Source: a phage. From it: a DNA stretch of 64,000 nucleotides. Position 1 is the first letter of the stretch. Each line of letters opens with the position of its first letter. The notes beneath the pieces are model-generated. The model searched no databases and was not told where the DNA came from. It worked only from the letters and a program-made list of their open reading frames with translations. The stretch is from the sequence record NC_100371.1; one strand, given 5' to 3'. Made by a program: the position numbers and the translations under genes. Below are positions 62,636-64,000 of this stretch, in pieces.

Positions 62636-62956
62636 CTAGTTTGAGAAAACATCGTTCACAATAGCGATCACAATGCCGTTCACCTTGTCACGGTCAACAA
62701 TGCACAAATCGCCATAGATCATGTGGTAGTCTGGATGATCTTTCACGGAATAATCAATGAGTGTTTTCTTATCGTCCAGCTTACTAACTTCCATTCTCAT
62801 AACGATATGAGAATCATCGAAGACATTATTCCGAAAAGTCATAACCTGACCGCCAGGGCACCCTGTGATCTCTACTTCCACGCCGTCTACGATCTGACCA
62901 TCAAAGAAATAAAGATTATTAGCCTGGATAAACATGATCATTACTCCTTTTTGCAC
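62636..62956 (-). CDS. hypothetical protein
   Basis: 106-aa ORF. Confidence 0.4.
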   Translation of the reverse strand: MQKGVMIMFIQANNLYFFDGQIVDGVEVEITGCPGGQVMTFRNNVFDDSHIVMRMEVSKLDDKKTLIDYSVKDHPDYHMIYGDLCIVDRDKVNGIVIAIVNDVFSN

Positions 62957-63026
62957 TGATTATTTTAACAGGGTTTAAATTTACTTTATTGATGGCCCTG
63001 GAGTCAAGGCCATCTAAAAATAAATT

Positions 63027-63227
63027 TTACAGGCCTACAATCTCTTTAATTCGTTTTACTGCTGCCTCAGCGCCTTGAGGGTAAAAATTATGGTAACCAA
63101 TCACGCGGGTAATACTGATCGCCACTTGATGATCTTCATAATCGCCTTTGAAGATTTCTTGACCGTCAATCAACACGGCAATTTTTTCTTCTTTTTTGAA
63201 GTTAATAACGCGGATATTGTTGCTCAT
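63027..63227 (-). CDS. hypothetical protein
   Basis: 66-aa ORF with RBS. Confidence 0.35.
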   Translation of the reverse strand: MSNNIRVINFKKEEKIAVLIDGQEIFKGDYEDHQVAISITRVIGYHNFYPQGAEAAVKRIKEIVGL

Positions 63228-63708
63228 TTTGTTTCTCCTTTTGGAACTTTGTCTATGTGGTGAGGAGTGTCTCCCCGTTGATTGTTATTATCCATATTCT
63301 GGATCGGATTGCAACACCCAGGGAGAAAAAAATTTAAAAAGTTAGGCCCCCAGGGATCAGGGGCCGTTATCAGTTACTTACAGCGATAAAATACATCCCT
63401 ACGCCTAACAATATTTCAAGGGCGATGATCTCAAGCCATACCATAGCACGGCTTGCCTTATCGGTGCGGGGCTTATCCTTGGGTGTCATCGTCTCCCCCT
63501 TTCCTCCTGTTAGCAGTTACGTGGTTTGCAATGGTCCCCAGGAGTATTATCACCACGCACATTACAAGAAAAATTATCTCTGTCGTTGTTCGATCCATTG
63601 TTATAAAATTCCTTAAGATCAGGCCTGAAAATAAAGCTTTCGTTATTGAATCCATCCCGCCAGGCGGCTGGCTTCAAATCTTCACTAAATGGATTAATTA
63701 ACGTGGCA

Positions 63709-63972
63709 TTATTTAAACGGCTGGCCCACATATTTTCTATTCCTCTCAAATAAGCGATCCGCCTCAGTTAAACAAATCTCATGGGCGTGATCTCTGGTTT
63801 TAGCTTCATCGAAAACCTGTTGTGCAAGGCTGCAACGTAGGGAGACTGGAAGATCACTATAATAGGCGTTGACAAACGTTTGAGCGTCGTACAGGTCTGA
63901 AAATACTTTACCCTTTCTATTATTCCCCTTGTCAACAATTGCAAGGATAACCAATACAATAGTTGCAACCAC
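63709..63972 (-). CDS. small membrane protein
   Basis: N-terminal TM segment MVATIVLVILAIV, 87 aa. Confidence 0.4.
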   Translation of the reverse strand: MVATIVLVILAIVDKGNNRKGKVFSDLYDAQTFVNAYYSDLPVSLRCSLAQQVFDEAKTRDHAHEICLTEADRLFERNRKYVGQPFK

Positions 63973-64000
63973 TCCCAGGAAGATAGATATAATAAACCAT

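Noticed and set aside
63228-63708. ORFs 63425-63616, 63453-63701, 63473-63655, 63510-63749 in mutually overlapping frames
   Set aside because: Conflicting overlaps; only a short 41-codon TM ORF (about 63473-63598, minus) has an RBS, and even that is too uncertain to list.

Overview
This window reads as a 64-kb stretch of a tailed, apparently virulent phage genome (contractile-tail type, moderate GC, sigma70-like promoters and Rho-independent terminators throughout). No integrase or obvious lysogeny module was seen. Layout: (1) 1-13.8 kb, minus-strand morphogenesis block: tail chaperone, tail tube, tail sheath, neck/virion proteins, lambda E-like major capsid, D-like decoration protein, scaffold, portal, a large terminase split by an HNH-containing intervening sequence, and an i-/o-spanin pair. 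(2) 14.2-15.1 kb, minus-strand tRNA cluster: Pro, Met, Thr, Ser, Tyr, Arg plus one atypical 99-nt tRNA-like gene. (3) 15.2-19.0 kb, small minus-strand genes, a four-copy palindromic iteron array next to an HTH protein, and a polynucleotide kinase / metallophosphoesterase pair. (4) 19.1-56.2 kb, long plus-strand early/nucleotide-metabolism block: Rnl1-type RNA ligase, Sir2-family protein, MazG, DNA ligase, lambda-R-like endolysin, HNH/Endo VII nucleases, flap endonuclease, RuvC-like resolvase, DnaQ-like exonuclease, two adenine methyltransferases, dNMP kinase, a divergent ThyX-like gene interrupted by a frameshift, nrdA/nrdB/glutaredoxin/nrdD/nrdG, PhoH, a ClpP-like peptidase, a ribosome hibernation factor homologue, and a tandem array of about 10 paralogous small proteins. 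(5) 56.2-58.7 kb, a 2.4-kb repeat-dense non-coding region. (6) 58.7-64 kb, small minus-strand genes of unknown function. All calls come from reading the sequence and ORF translations by eye; no database search or folding program was run, and coordinates of RNA and regulatory features are approximate to a few bases.
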